A stretch of 64,000 nucleotides of DNA from an uncultured Planctomycetia bacterium (GTDB lineage Bacteria > Omnitrophota > Gorgyraeia > Pluralincolimonadales > Pluralincolimonadaceae), in contig CAZYUB010000009.1 in NCBI GenBank assembly GCA_964650515.1, positions 25,093 to 89,092 of the forward strand, given 5' to 3'. The position numbers were made by a program, and so were the translations under genes. The notes beneath the pieces were generated by a model. That model had not been told where the DNA came from. It saw nothing but the letters and a program-made list of their open reading frames with translations, and ran no database searches. This document shows, one piece after another, positions 43,035 through 52,442 of this stretch (its first letter is position 1; each line of letters opens with the position of its first letter).

Positions 43035-44714
43035 ATGTTCGCTAAAAAACCGCATTCCACATCAGAGATCGCGAAGCTTACGCATCCCAAGCAAATTGTT
43101 GGGGTTGCGACAAAAATCGGCCTTAACGCCGATGAGCTGGAATTCTACGGCAATTTTAAAGCAAAAGTGGTCCTTGGCGTCCTCCAGAGGTTGAAAGCGC
43201 GGCCGGACGGCAAACTCGTCCTCGTTACCGCGATAACGCCGACAAAACACGGCGAGGGCAAGACCTGCATATCAATAGGGCTTACGCAAGCGCTCGGCCG
43301 CCTGAAGAAACGCGTGATATTATGCTTGCGCGAGCCGTCATTGGGCCCGGCGCTCGGCCTCAAGGGCGGCGGCTGCGGCGGAGGGTACGCGCAGGTCCTG
43401 CCGATGGAGGATATAAACCTGCATTTTACCGGAGACATCGCGGCGGTAGCGGCGGCGCATAACCTGCTTAGCGCGATAATAGATAACCATATCGCCAGGG
43501 GAAATGAGCTTAAGATAGACCCGAAGCGGATCGTCTGGCGCAGGACCATAGACCTTTGCGACAAAAGTTTGCGTGAGATACAGGTAGGAATTGCCGAGGG
43601 CTCCGTAAAAAGGCGCGACGGTTTCGATATTACGGCGGCGTCGGAGATAATGGCGTGCCTCGCGCTGACCACCGGGTACAAAGACCTGAAGGAACGCCTC
43701 GGAAAGATGATAATAGGGTTCACGAACAAGGGGCGCCCGGTCGCCGCAGCGGAATTGAAAGTCGTCGGAGCGATGGCCGCTATCCTGAAGGAAGCGGTGA
43801 AACCGAATATCGCGCAGACGCTTGAAGGGCAGCCCGCGTTCATACATATGGGCCCGTTCGGAAATATCGCCCACGGGACGAACAGCATACTCGCGACTCA
43901 AATGGCGCTGAAACTCGCGGACTACGCGGTCGTCGAGACCGGTTTCGGGACCGACCTCGGTTTCGAGAAGTTCTGCGATGTCGTCACGAGGCAGGGCAAG
44001 TTCAGGCCGGATTGCGCGGTCGTCGTAGTAAGCGCGAGGGCGTTGAAATCGCACGGCGGCGTCGCGGATGACCAACTCGAAAAAGAGGATCTCGGCGCGC
44101 TTAACAACGGCCTGTGCAACCTCGAGAGGCACATCGAGAACGTAAAGAAATTCGGCATCTGGCCGGTCGTCGCGATAAACAGGTTCCCGGGCGACACAGA
44201 TAACGAGCTGACGAGGATAAAAGAATCATGCAGGAGCAAGGGCGTGCTCGCTGAGGTCGCCGAGGTCGTCGCGAAAGGCGGCGAGGGCGGCGAGAAACTC
44301 GCGCAGGCGGTCATAACGACTATGCAGGAGCACCCTTCGAAGTTCATGCCGTTATACGAACTGGGCCTGTCGATAAAAGAGAAGATAGAGAAGATAGCGA
44401 CCGAGATCTACGGCGCGGAAGGCGTCGTATATGTCGGGACTTCGGAAGATGACATAAATTTCCTTACGGAGAACGGCTACGACGAATTGCCGGTCAATAT
44501 GGCAAGGACGCACCTTTCGTTAACCGACGACCCGAAGGTCAAGGGCGCGCCGTCCGGCTGGCGGCTGAAGGTCAAGGAAGTGAAGGTCTCCGCCGGCGCT
44601 GGATTCCTCGTTGCGCTGACAGGCGAGATGAACCTCATGCCAGGCATGCCGAAGGTGCCGCTCGCTGAGCGCGTGGATATAGATAACGACGGCAATATAT
44701 CGGGGTTATTTTAA
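43035..44714 (+). CDS. fhs: Formate--tetrahydrofolate ligase
   Basis: …LVLVTAITPTKHGEGKT… and downstream FTHFS motifs. The start at 43035 is chosen because the earlier ORF start at 42996 lies inside the promoter. Confidence 0.9.
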   Translation: MFAKKPHSTSEIAKLTHPKQIVGVATKIGLNADELEFYGNFKAKVVLGVLQRLKARPDGKLVLVTAITPTKHGEGKTCISIGLTQALGRLKKRVILCLREPSLGPALGLKGGGCGGGYAQVLPMEDINLHFTGDIAAVAAAHNLLSAIIDNHIARGNELKIDPKRIVWRRTIDLCDKSLREIQVGIAEGSVKRRDGFDITAASEIMACLALTTGYKDLKERLGKMIIGFTNKGRPVAAAELKVVGAMAAILKEAVKPNIAQTLEGQPAFIHMGPFGNIAHGTNSILATQMALKLADYAVVETGFGTDLGFEKFCDVVTRQGKFRPDCAVVVVSARALKSHGGVADDQLEKEDLGALNNGLCNLERHIENVKKFGIWPVVAINRFPGDTDNELTRIKESCRSKGVLAEVAEVVAKGGEGGEKLAQAVITTMQEHPSKFMPLYELGLSIKEKIEKIATEIYGAEGVVYVGTSEDDINFLTENGYDELPVNMARTHLSLTDDPKVKGAPSGWRLKVKEVKVSAGAGFLVALTGEMNLMPGMPKVPLAERVDIDNDGNISGLF

Positions 44715-45196
44715 TGAAGATATCCGACAGGAACAGGATAGACAGTTTCATGAAGGCGATCGGTCAGAAGAAGCCGGTCCCCGGAGGCGGCGCTGCGGCG
44801 GCTTTGGCGGGCGCGCTCGGGGCCGCGTTATTGATGAAGGTAGCGAATTTCACTATCGGAAGGAAGAAGTACAGGATATACGAGAAGGACGCGAAGACGA
44901 TACTTGGTAAGGCGGGTACTCTGACGAAGAGGCTCAGCTCCTATATCGAAAAGGACGCCAGGGCGTACGACGAATACGCGAGGACGAGGAGCGCCGCGTC
45001 TATGAGGAAGGCCACGCTGTGCGTGTCCGAGATCGCGAAGATGTCCTCGGCCGCGCTGAAGCTCTGCCCGCGGCTTGGTAGGATAGGCAACAGGAACCTC
45101 AAGGGCGACCTGTATGCCGCGGAAGCGTTGTTAAAGGCGTCGGCGCAGTCGGCGGGAAACCTCGTGAAACTTAACAGGAAACGGACGGGAAGATAA
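44714..45196 (+). CDS. fchA: Methenyltetrahydrofolate cyclohydrolase / formiminotransferase-cyclodeaminase-like (FTCD_C domain)
   Basis: …PVPGGGAAAALAGALGAALLMKV… is the typical FTCD_C glycine-rich helix. 160 aa, between fhs and folD. Confidence 0.75.
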   Translation: MKISDRNRIDSFMKAIGQKKPVPGGGAAAALAGALGAALLMKVANFTIGRKKYRIYEKDAKTILGKAGTLTKRLSSYIEKDARAYDEYARTRSAASMRKATLCVSEIAKMSSAALKLCPRLGRIGNRNLKGDLYAAEALLKASAQSAGNLVKLNRKRTGR

Positions 45197-46012
45197 ATGG
45201 CCGCAAAGATACTTAACGGAAAAGTGCTCGCATCGAGGCTCAAGGCGCAGATAAAGCGCGAGGTCTCCGCCATAAGGAAGAAATACGGCAGGGCGCCGAT
45301 GCTTTCCGTTATCCAGATAGGCAGGCATAAGCCGGCCACGATATACATAAATTCGCAGCAGAAGCTCGCGAAGGAACTCGGGATAAGATACAGGAAGATA
45401 TGCCTGGGTAATTCCGTATCGCAGGACGAACTCGTTCGGGTGATAAAGAAACTGAACAGGGACAAGGCGACGACCGCGATAATGTTAGGCCTGCCTGTAC
45501 CGAAGACGATAAACCTGAAGCAGGCGATATATTATATCGACCCGGCGAAGAACGTCGAGAGGGTCAACCCGACCGCGTCGGCGGTAATGGAGATGATCAG
45601 GTCGACCGGCATAAGCTTATTCGGAAGGGAAGCGGTCGTGGTCGGCCACGGCGAACTCGTCGGAAAGCCCATAGCGATGTTCCTCCTAGACAAGCTCTCG
45701 ACCGTGACGGTCTGCCACATAGGGACGGCGACGCGCGGGAAGCTGAAGGAACATATCGCGCGGGCGGAGATACTCGTCGTCGCGGTAGGAAAGCCCGGCC
45801 TCATAAAGGGCGGATGGATAAAACGCGGCGCGGTGGTCGTGGATGTAGGGATAACGAAGGTCGGCGACAGGATAGTCGGGGACGTTGAATTCGAGCACGC
45901 GAAAAAACGCGCCGGGTTCATAACGCCCGTCCCGGGCGGCGTCGGCCCGCTGACCGTTATAATGTCGATGTGCAATTGCATCGCGCTCTTCAGGGAGCAG
46001 GTGAAAAAATGA
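45197..46012 (+). CDS. folD: Bifunctional 5,10-methylene-THF dehydrogenase / 5,10-methenyl-THF cyclohydrolase
   Basis: MAAKILNGKVLASRLKAQIKREV… canonical FolD N-terminus; Rossmann GxGxxVG region; 271 aa. Confidence 0.95.
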   Translation: MAAKILNGKVLASRLKAQIKREVSAIRKKYGRAPMLSVIQIGRHKPATIYINSQQKLAKELGIRYRKICLGNSVSQDELVRVIKKLNRDKATTAIMLGLPVPKTINLKQAIYYIDPAKNVERVNPTASAVMEMIRSTGISLFGREAVVVGHGELVGKPIAMFLLDKLSTVTVCHIGTATRGKLKEHIARAEILVVAVGKPGLIKGGWIKRGAVVVDVGITKVGDRIVGDVEFEHAKKRAGFITPVPGGVGPLTVIMSMCNCIALFREQVKK

Positions 46013-46671
46013 TAATAACAAAACAGAAACCCCTGGACAATATATTGAAGTCGCTTGAAAAAGCCGGGAAGGTATATATTGTGGGCTGCACGCAGTGCGC
46101 GACGGTATGCAAGACAGGCGGCGAGGAAGAGGTAAAGAAGATGAAGGAGTTCCTCGTTTCGGAAGGCAAGGAGGTGGCCGCGGCCGAGGTCTGGGATACG
46201 CCCTGCAACCTGCTCGAAGTGAAGAAGCGCCTGCGCGACAATAAAGGCGCGCTCGAGGGGTCCGAAGCGCTGCTGCTGATGAGCTGCGGCGACGGAGCGC
46301 ATACGGTATTTGTCGGAACGGGCATGAACGTCGTCCCTGCCAACGATACGCTCTTCCTCGGCCAGTCGGAGAGGGCAGGGAAATTCAACGAGGTATGCGC
46401 GCTCTGCGGGGACTGCACATTATTCGTCACGGGCGGTTACTGCCCGAACGCGTTGTGCCCGAAGGGGCTTCAGAACGGCCCCTGCGGAGGCGCGAAGGAC
46501 GGCAAATGCGAGGTAAGCCCCGAGATAGATTGCGGATGGCTGCTGATATATAACAGTTTAAAAAATACCGGGAGGCTCGATAACATGAAAAAGATCCTTC
46601 CGCCTAAGGACCATTCGAAGTCGGTGAAACCGCGAAGGATCACCGTGGACGCGGTCAGGAAGAGGCAATGA
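46009..46671 (+). CDS. metV: Cys-rich zinc-ribbon protein, MetV-like small subunit associated with acetogen-type MTHFR
   Basis: MIITKQKPLD…; multiple CxxC clusters (CTQCATVC, CALCGDC, CPNALCPKGLQNGPCGG). ATGA overlap with folD and 4 nt overlap with metF. Confidence 0.65.
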   Translation: MIITKQKPLDNILKSLEKAGKVYIVGCTQCATVCKTGGEEEVKKMKEFLVSEGKEVAAAEVWDTPCNLLEVKKRLRDNKGALEGSEALLLMSCGDGAHTVFVGTGMNVVPANDTLFLGQSERAGKFNEVCALCGDCTLFVTGGYCPNALCPKGLQNGPCGGAKDGKCEVSPEIDCGWLLIYNSLKNTGRLDNMKKILPPKDHSKSVKPRRITVDAVRKRQ

Positions 46672-47537
46672 TGACCTTAAAAGAAAAGATAAAGAACGGG
46701 AAATTCATTATAACGGCCGAGATCGGCCCGCCGAAGGGCATAGACGTGCAGTCACAGCTTCAGGAGGCGGGCATGCTGAAATCCCGGGTCGACGCGATAA
46801 ACGTGACGGATTCGCAGAGCGCTGTCATGAGGCTGGGTTCACTCGCCGTATCGTCTCTCCTGCAGAGGGAGGGGATCGAGCCGGTGTACCAGCTTACGTG
46901 CCGCGACCGCAACAGGATAGCGCTGCAGTCGGACGCGCTCTCCGCCGCGGCGCTGGGCATAGAGAACATCCTCGTGCTCACCGGCGACCACCCGATGCGC
47001 GGCGACCATCCGGAAGCGAAGCCGGTATTCGACCTGGATTCCGTGCAGCTTATCGGGGCGTTGCGCATGCTTGAAGCGGGCAGGGACCTGGCAGGCAAGG
47101 AGCTCAAGGGCGCGCCGAGATTTTGCATTGGCGCCGTCGTAAATCCCGGATCGGACCCTATCGAGCCGGAGCTGATAAAATTCGAGAAGAAGATAAGCGC
47201 GGGCGCGGAATTCTTCCAGACCCAGGGCGTATATGACGCCGGCGCGTTCGCTAAATTCGTCGACAGGGTAAAGGGCTTCAATACGTGTATCATCGCGGGG
47301 ATAATACTTATTAAGTCGCCCGAGATGGCGCGGTTCATGAATAAGAATGTCGCCGGGATATACGTCCCGGACAACCTTATCGCGGAGATAGAAGGCGCCT
47401 CCGACAGGCAGCAGAAGGCAGTCGAGATCGCCGCGCGCACCATAAAAGAATTGAAGGGCCTGGCCGGCGGCGTGCATATCATGTCGTTGGGCTGGAACAA
47501 GCTTATCCCGCAGATACTGGATAAGGCCGGGCTCTAG
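46668..47537 (+). CDS. metF: 5,10-methylenetetrahydrofolate reductase
   Basis: …IITAEIGPPKG…VDAINVTDSQSAVMR…YQLTCRDRN…LVLTGDHP… MTHFR TIM-barrel motifs; 289 aa. Confidence 0.9.
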   Translation: MMTLKEKIKNGKFIITAEIGPPKGIDVQSQLQEAGMLKSRVDAINVTDSQSAVMRLGSLAVSSLLQREGIEPVYQLTCRDRNRIALQSDALSAAALGIENILVLTGDHPMRGDHPEAKPVFDLDSVQLIGALRMLEAGRDLAGKELKGAPRFCIGAVVNPGSDPIEPELIKFEKKISAGAEFFQTQGVYDAGAFAKFVDRVKGFNTCIIAGIILIKSPEMARFMNKNVAGIYVPDNLIAEIEGASDRQQKAVEIAARTIKELKGLAGGVHIMSLGWNKLIPQILDKAGL

Positions 47538-47667
47538 GAGGCCTGAGATCGTCTTTCTGAAGAACATCCCGATAAAAATACCCTCGGACCTTGTCCTTTC
47601 GCGCCTGAAGTACGCGAAATACAGGACAAAGGCGGACGGCAGGATACTCTCCTTCATCACGGGCAAA

Positions 47668-48213
47668 ATGGACGAGGGGTATTCGTTGGTCGAAACAAAG
47701 GCCGTCTTCGCGGTATTCGATATTACGGTAAAGGGCGGCTCAGTCAGGTTCGGTTCGTCGGGGCTGCGCATAAAGAGCGCGTCCCTCTCGAAACACCTGA
47801 AGGGAGCGGCGAAAGCCGCGCTGTTCGCCTGCACGATAGGCAAAGGGCTCGGAGAGAAGGTCAACGATTACGTGAAGAGGGGCGAGATAGCGTCCGCGAC
47901 CGTCCTCGACGCCGTCGGCTCGGAAGCGGCGGAAGCGCTTGCCGACGAGATAGACCGCGTCGTGACGAAGAACGCGTGCTCCGAAGGGTTCTCGACGGTC
48001 ACGCGTTTCAGCCCCGGATACGGCGACTGGCCGGTCTTCGACCAGGGGAAGGTATTGAAGGCGCTGAAGGCCTCGAAGATAGGCATAAAGGCAACGAAGA
48101 GCTATATAATGGTGCCGGAGAAATCGGTGACCGCCTGCATCGGGCTTATCAGGAGCGGCGCGAAGCCGGTAAGGAAGGTTTATGAAGGGAATACTCGCAC
48201 GGCTAAAAAATGA
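47668..48213 (+). CDS. Stand-alone methionine synthase reactivation (AdoMet-binding activation) domain-like protein
   Basis: …RFSPGYGDWPVFDQ… resembles the RxxxGYxxxP motif of the MetH C-terminal activation domain. Sits directly upstream of a metH that lacks that domain. The frame is open upstream to ~47539 with no canonical start codon. Confidence 0.5.
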   Translation: MDEGYSLVETKAVFAVFDITVKGGSVRFGSSGLRIKSASLSKHLKGAAKAALFACTIGKGLGEKVNDYVKRGEIASATVLDAVGSEAAEALADEIDRVVTKNACSEGFSTVTRFSPGYGDWPVFDQGKVLKALKASKIGIKATKSYIMVPEKSVTACIGLIRSGAKPVRKVYEGNTRTAKK

Positions 48214-50614
48214 GATATTGATATTCGACGGCGCGTTCGGCACGGTCCTGCAGGAGTCCGGAGCGCTGAAGGCGGGAGCCTGCCCGGAAGAATTGAACAT
48301 ATCGAATCCCGGGATAGTCAAGAAGATACACAGGGATTACATAAATGCCGGCGCGGATGTCATCGAGACGAACTCATTCGGGGCAAGTAAACTGAAGCTT
48401 GCCGCGTACGGCCTCGAGAAGGACGCCGACAGGATAAACTATGAGGCCGCGCGCATCGCGCGCTCGGCCGCCTCGGTATGCGCTTCAAGGAAGATTTACG
48501 TCGCCGGCTCTGTAGGCCCCCTCGACAGGCAGATAACCCCGCTGGGCGACCTGTCGTTCGATGAGGCGATCAAGGCGTTCGAGGACCAGATAAGGAAGCT
48601 TAAGGAAGGCGGATGCGACCTCATCATCCTCGAGACGTTCGCCGATATAAAAGAGCTCAAGGCGGCGGTAATAGCGGCGAAGGAGATCGGCGGCCTGCCC
48701 ATACAGGCGCAGATGACTTTCGAGGGCGGCGAGCGCAGCACTTACGGCACGACACCGGCGGCGTTCGCGGTCCTGCTGAATTCGCTCGGCGCGGATATAA
48801 TCGGAACGAACTGCTCTACCGGCCCGAGGGAGCTTATAAACGTCATAAAGGAGATATCCCCGAGGACCGACAGGTTCATATCGTGCCAGCCGAACGCCGG
48901 GCTGCCGGAACTTCGCTCGGGCAAGACATATTTCCCTGAGACGCCGAAGTCGTTCGCGAAATATGCCGTTACGTTCGCAAAACTGGGCGTCAACGTCATA
49001 GGCGGGTGCTGCGGCACCACGCCCGAACACATAAAAGAGGTAAGGTCCGCGCTGAAGAAGCGAAAGCCAGCGAAGAGGGTATATGTGCCCGCCTTCAGGT
49101 TATCGTCGAGGACGAAGGTGGTGGAGCTCGGCGCGAAGACGAGGCCGCTCATAATAGGCGAGAGGATAAACCCGACAGGAAAGAAAGACCTGCAGGAGGA
49201 GATAAGGCAGGGAAAGAATATAATCATTAGGCGCGAAGCGATAGAGCAGGCGAGGAAAGGCGCGGACATACTCGACGTGAATGTCGGCGTGCCCGGGACG
49301 CGGGAGCAGGAGACGATAGCGCCCGCCGTTGAGGCGGTCCAGGCGGTAAGCGAGGCGCCCGTATCGATAGACAGCGCAAATCCTTTTGCTGTGGAAGCGG
49401 CGCTTAAGGAGGCCGCGGGCAAGCCGCTCATCAACTCGGTCAACGGCGAGAGGGAGAAGATCGATTCTATCCTGCCGCTTGCGAAAAAATACGGCGCCGC
49501 GGTCCTCGTGCTGGCGCTGGACAGCCGCGGCATCCCTAAGGACTGCGCCGCGCGCATGAAGATCGCCGAAGGCGTCATCAGGAAAGCCGTTTCGCTGGGC
49601 ATACGCAAAGAGGATATAATAGTCGACCCGCTTACGCTAGCGATATCGGCGAAGCCGGAGCAGGTAAAAGAGACGCTGAAGGCGATAAAGGCGCTGAAGA
49701 AGAAGGGCTTTTCGTCGTCGCTCGGCGTAAGCAACATCTCGTTCGGCCTTCCGAACAGGAGGAAGATAAACGCGGACTTTTTCGGCCTTGCTTTAGCGTT
49801 TGGCCTGGACCTCGCGATAATCAACCCGAGCGACGATAACATGTTCTGGGTCGCGAAGCAAAAGAAGAAGGGCCTGCGGGCACCCGATGCCGGGATAAAT
49901 AAATTCCTTAAGGACGCATTGAGCCCGGCGGCGGAGGCATCGAAGAAAGGCATAGCCGCGTCCTGCAAGGATACGCCCAAGGACGTCAGGGGCCGGCTGA
50001 AGGAAGCGGTCCTCTACGGGGACAAGGACAACATCTCCTCCTACGTCGAAGAGGCGCTCGCGCAGGGCATTGGCCCGGCCGAGATAAACAGCGATATCCT
50101 TATACCTGCGCTCGAGATAGTCGGCGAGAAGTTCGGCAAGAGGGAATATTTCCTGCCGCAGGTAATACTCTCGGCGGAATCCGTCCAGCGCGCGTTCGGC
50201 CGCCTGAAGAAGGAGATCAAGCCGGGCGAGCAGGAGGACAAGGGCACCATAGTCATAGCGACCGTGGAGGGAGATATACACGATATCGGCAAGAACATCG
50301 TGATAGCTGTCCTCGAGAACCACGGCTATAAAATATACGACCTCGGCAGGGGCGTCACGTCCGATGTGATAATAAAAGAAGCGGTGAGGAAGAAGGCGGA
50401 TATAATCGGCCTCAGCGCGCTGATGACTACGACGATGATACAGATGGAGCGCGTCATAAAGGAACTGAAGAAGAAGGGCCTTAATTTCAAGACGATAGTC
50501 GGCGGCGCGGTCGTGACCGAGGCGTTCGCGAAGGAGATAGGCGCGTCGGCATACGCGCGCGACGCGATCGAGGCGGTCAGTATCGTGAAATCGCTGATGA
50601 AAGAAAGGTCGTGA
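48182..50614 (+). CDS. metH: Cobalamin-dependent methionine synthase core (Hcy-binding + pterin-binding + B12-binding domains; no activation domain)
   Basis: Hcy S-methyltransferase N-terminus (…FDGAFGT…GGCCGTTPEHI…), pterin-binding barrel, B12 motif GDIHDIGKN (DxHxxG). 810 aa against ~1230 for full-length MetH. Confidence 0.9.
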   Translation: MKGILARLKNEILIFDGAFGTVLQESGALKAGACPEELNISNPGIVKKIHRDYINAGADVIETNSFGASKLKLAAYGLEKDADRINYEAARIARSAASVCASRKIYVAGSVGPLDRQITPLGDLSFDEAIKAFEDQIRKLKEGGCDLIILETFADIKELKAAVIAAKEIGGLPIQAQMTFEGGERSTYGTTPAAFAVLLNSLGADIIGTNCSTGPRELINVIKEISPRTDRFISCQPNAGLPELRSGKTYFPETPKSFAKYAVTFAKLGVNVIGGCCGTTPEHIKEVRSALKKRKPAKRVYVPAFRLSSRTKVVELGAKTRPLIIGERINPTGKKDLQEEIRQGKNIIIRREAIEQARKGADILDVNVGVPGTREQETIAPAVEAVQAVSEAPVSIDSANPFAVEAALKEAAGKPLINSVNGEREKIDSILPLAKKYGAAVLVLALDSRGIPKDCAARMKIAEGVIRKAVSLGIRKEDIIVDPLTLAISAKPEQVKETLKAIKALKKKGFSSSLGVSNISFGLPNRRKINADFFGLALAFGLDLAIINPSDDNMFWVAKQKKKGLRAPDAGINKFLKDALSPAAEASKKGIAASCKDTPKDVRGRLKEAVLYGDKDNISSYVEEALAQGIGPAEINSDILIPALEIVGEKFGKREYFLPQVILSAESVQRAFGRLKKEIKPGEQEDKGTIVIATVEGDIHDIGKNIVIAVLENHGYKIYDLGRGVTSDVIIKEAVRKKADIIGLSALMTTTMIQMERVIKELKKKGLNFKTIVGGAVVTEAFAKEIGASAYARDAIEAVSIVKSLMKERS

Positions 50615-51474
50615 TGCGAATGGAGCGCAGGAAGGTCACAATACCCGATATCAGGAAGAAGAAGCTCGAAGGCAGGAAGATAACGATGCTTACCGCCTAC
50701 GATTACCCGTCCGGCCGGCTCATAGACGAGGCGGGCATGGATATGATCCTCGTCGGGGATTCGCTCGCTATGACCGTCCTCGGGTACGAGTCGACGATAC
50801 CCGTTACTATGGACGAGATGGTGCACCATTCGAAGGCAGCGAGGCGCGGCATCAAATACGCGCTTCTCATCGGAGACATGCCTTTCATGACCTACAATAT
50901 CGGAGAGAAAGAGACGATACGCAATGCCGGCAGGTTCATAAAGGAAGGCGGGTGCGGCGCGGTCAAGATAGAAGGCGGCTCTGAGATGTCGGGAACGGTT
51001 AAGGCCCTCGTGAGGTCCGGCATACCGGTCCTCGGGCATATAGGCCTCACGCCGCAGACGGCGACGCAGCTCGGAGGGTTCAAGGTCCAGGGCAAGGACG
51101 CGAAAAGCGCGCGCCGGCTCATCGATTCGGCCGTCGCGCTCGAGAAGGCCGGATGTTTCGCGCTCGTGCTCGAATGCGTGCCGGACAAGCTCGCCGAACT
51201 CATAACATCAAAGCTGGAGATACCGACGATAGGCATCGGCGCGGGCCCGTATTGCGACGGCCAGGTCCTCGTGACGAACGACATGATAGGCATGTACGAC
51301 AGGTTCACGCCGAAGTTCGTGAAGAAATACGCCGACCTGTGGCCGCAGCTGACGAACGCGTTCAGGAGATACAGGGAAGACGTCGAAGGCGGGAAGTTCC
51401 CGTCGAAGGAGCACTGTTTCGAAATGAACAAGTCCGAGCTCAGGAAACTGAAGACGAACAGGAGAGCCAAATGA
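50611..51474 (+). CDS. panB: 3-methyl-2-oxobutanoate hydroxymethyltransferase
   Basis: …ITMLTAYDYPSGRLIDEAGMDMILVGDSLAMTVLGY… canonical PanB; 287 aa. Confidence 0.95.
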   Translation: MMRMERRKVTIPDIRKKKLEGRKITMLTAYDYPSGRLIDEAGMDMILVGDSLAMTVLGYESTIPVTMDEMVHHSKAARRGIKYALLIGDMPFMTYNIGEKETIRNAGRFIKEGGCGAVKIEGGSEMSGTVKALVRSGIPVLGHIGLTPQTATQLGGFKVQGKDAKSARRLIDSAVALEKAGCFALVLECVPDKLAELITSKLEIPTIGIGAGPYCDGQVLVTNDMIGMYDRFTPKFVKKYADLWPQLTNAFRRYREDVEGGKFPSKEHCFEMNKSELRKLKTNRRAK

Positions 51475-52436
51475 AGATAACGGTGATAGGCCCCGGAGCG
51501 CTTGGTTGTCTCGTTGCCGCTTCTTTGGTAAAGTCCGGCGAGGATGTATGGCTGCTCGATAAGGTCCAGGAGCGCGCGAAGAAGATCAACAAGGACGGCG
51601 TAAAGGTCGAGGGGACAGGCGAATTCAGCGCGAAAGTCCGGGCTACCTGCGACGCGAAGGATATAGGCGTCTCCGAACTGGTTATCGTCTGCGTGAAATC
51701 ATACGATACGGAAGACGCGATAAAAGAGGCGAAGGCGGTAATAGGCGATAACACCCTCGTGCTGACGTTGCAGAACGGCCTCGGCAACGAGGAGGCGATA
51801 GCGGAGACCATAGGCCAGGAGAAGGTCATAGGCGGCGTCACGATGCACGGCTCGACATACCTTTCCGACGGCCGCATCCGGCACTCCGGCAAGGGCGAGA
51901 CGATAATAGGCAGATGGTATACCCCCGCGCCGCGCAAGGACGTCAAGAAATGGTATATACCGCGCCGTCGGCTTGAAGAGGTCGCGGCAGTGTTAAAAAA
52001 AGCGAATTTCGAGACGAAGATATCCGACGGCATAAAGGACGTGATCTGGTCGAAGCTTATAATCAACGTAGGCATAAACGCGCTCGGCGCTGTCACGCGC
52101 CTCAAGAACGGCGACCTGTTCCAGTACGAGTGGACGAGGAACATCATGAAGCAGGCTGTGACGGAGGCGGTGAAGGTCGCGAAGAGGCGCCGGATAAACC
52201 TGCAATATACCGATCCCGTGAAGAAGATAGAATCGGTATGTTCCGCCTGCGGCAATAACATATGTTCGATGCTGCAGGACGTGCTCGACGGGCAGAAGAC
52301 AGAGATAGATTACATAAACGGCGCGATAGCGGCCGAAGGCGCGGGCCTCGGTATCGCCACGCCGGTGAATTCCGTATTGACGGACCTGGTGAAGACGCTG
52401 GAAGCGGGCGGTAAAAAACAAATCAACAAGGAGTGA
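51471..52436 (+). CDS. panE: 2-dehydropantoate 2-reductase
   Basis: MKITVIGPGALGCLVAASL… Rossmann N-terminus, ApbA/PanE family, ATGA overlap with panB. The longer ORF start at 51153 overlaps panB and is rejected. Confidence 0.85.
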   Translation: MKITVIGPGALGCLVAASLVKSGEDVWLLDKVQERAKKINKDGVKVEGTGEFSAKVRATCDAKDIGVSELVIVCVKSYDTEDAIKEAKAVIGDNTLVLTLQNGLGNEEAIAETIGQEKVIGGVTMHGSTYLSDGRIRHSGKGETIIGRWYTPAPRKDVKKWYIPRRRLEEVAAVLKKANFETKISDGIKDVIWSKLIINVGINALGAVTRLKNGDLFQYEWTRNIMKQAVTEAVKVAKRRRINLQYTDPVKKIESVCSACGNNICSMLQDVLDGQKTEIDYINGAIAAEGAGLGIATPVNSVLTDLVKTLEAGGKKQINKE

Positions 52437-52442
52437 CATTAG

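Noticed and set aside
51153-51470. Extended 427-aa ORF starting inside panB
   Set aside because: The extension is Arg/Gln-rich out-of-frame read-through of panB. The PanE Rossmann N-terminus begins exactly at the ATG at 51471, which has an ATGA overlap with panB.
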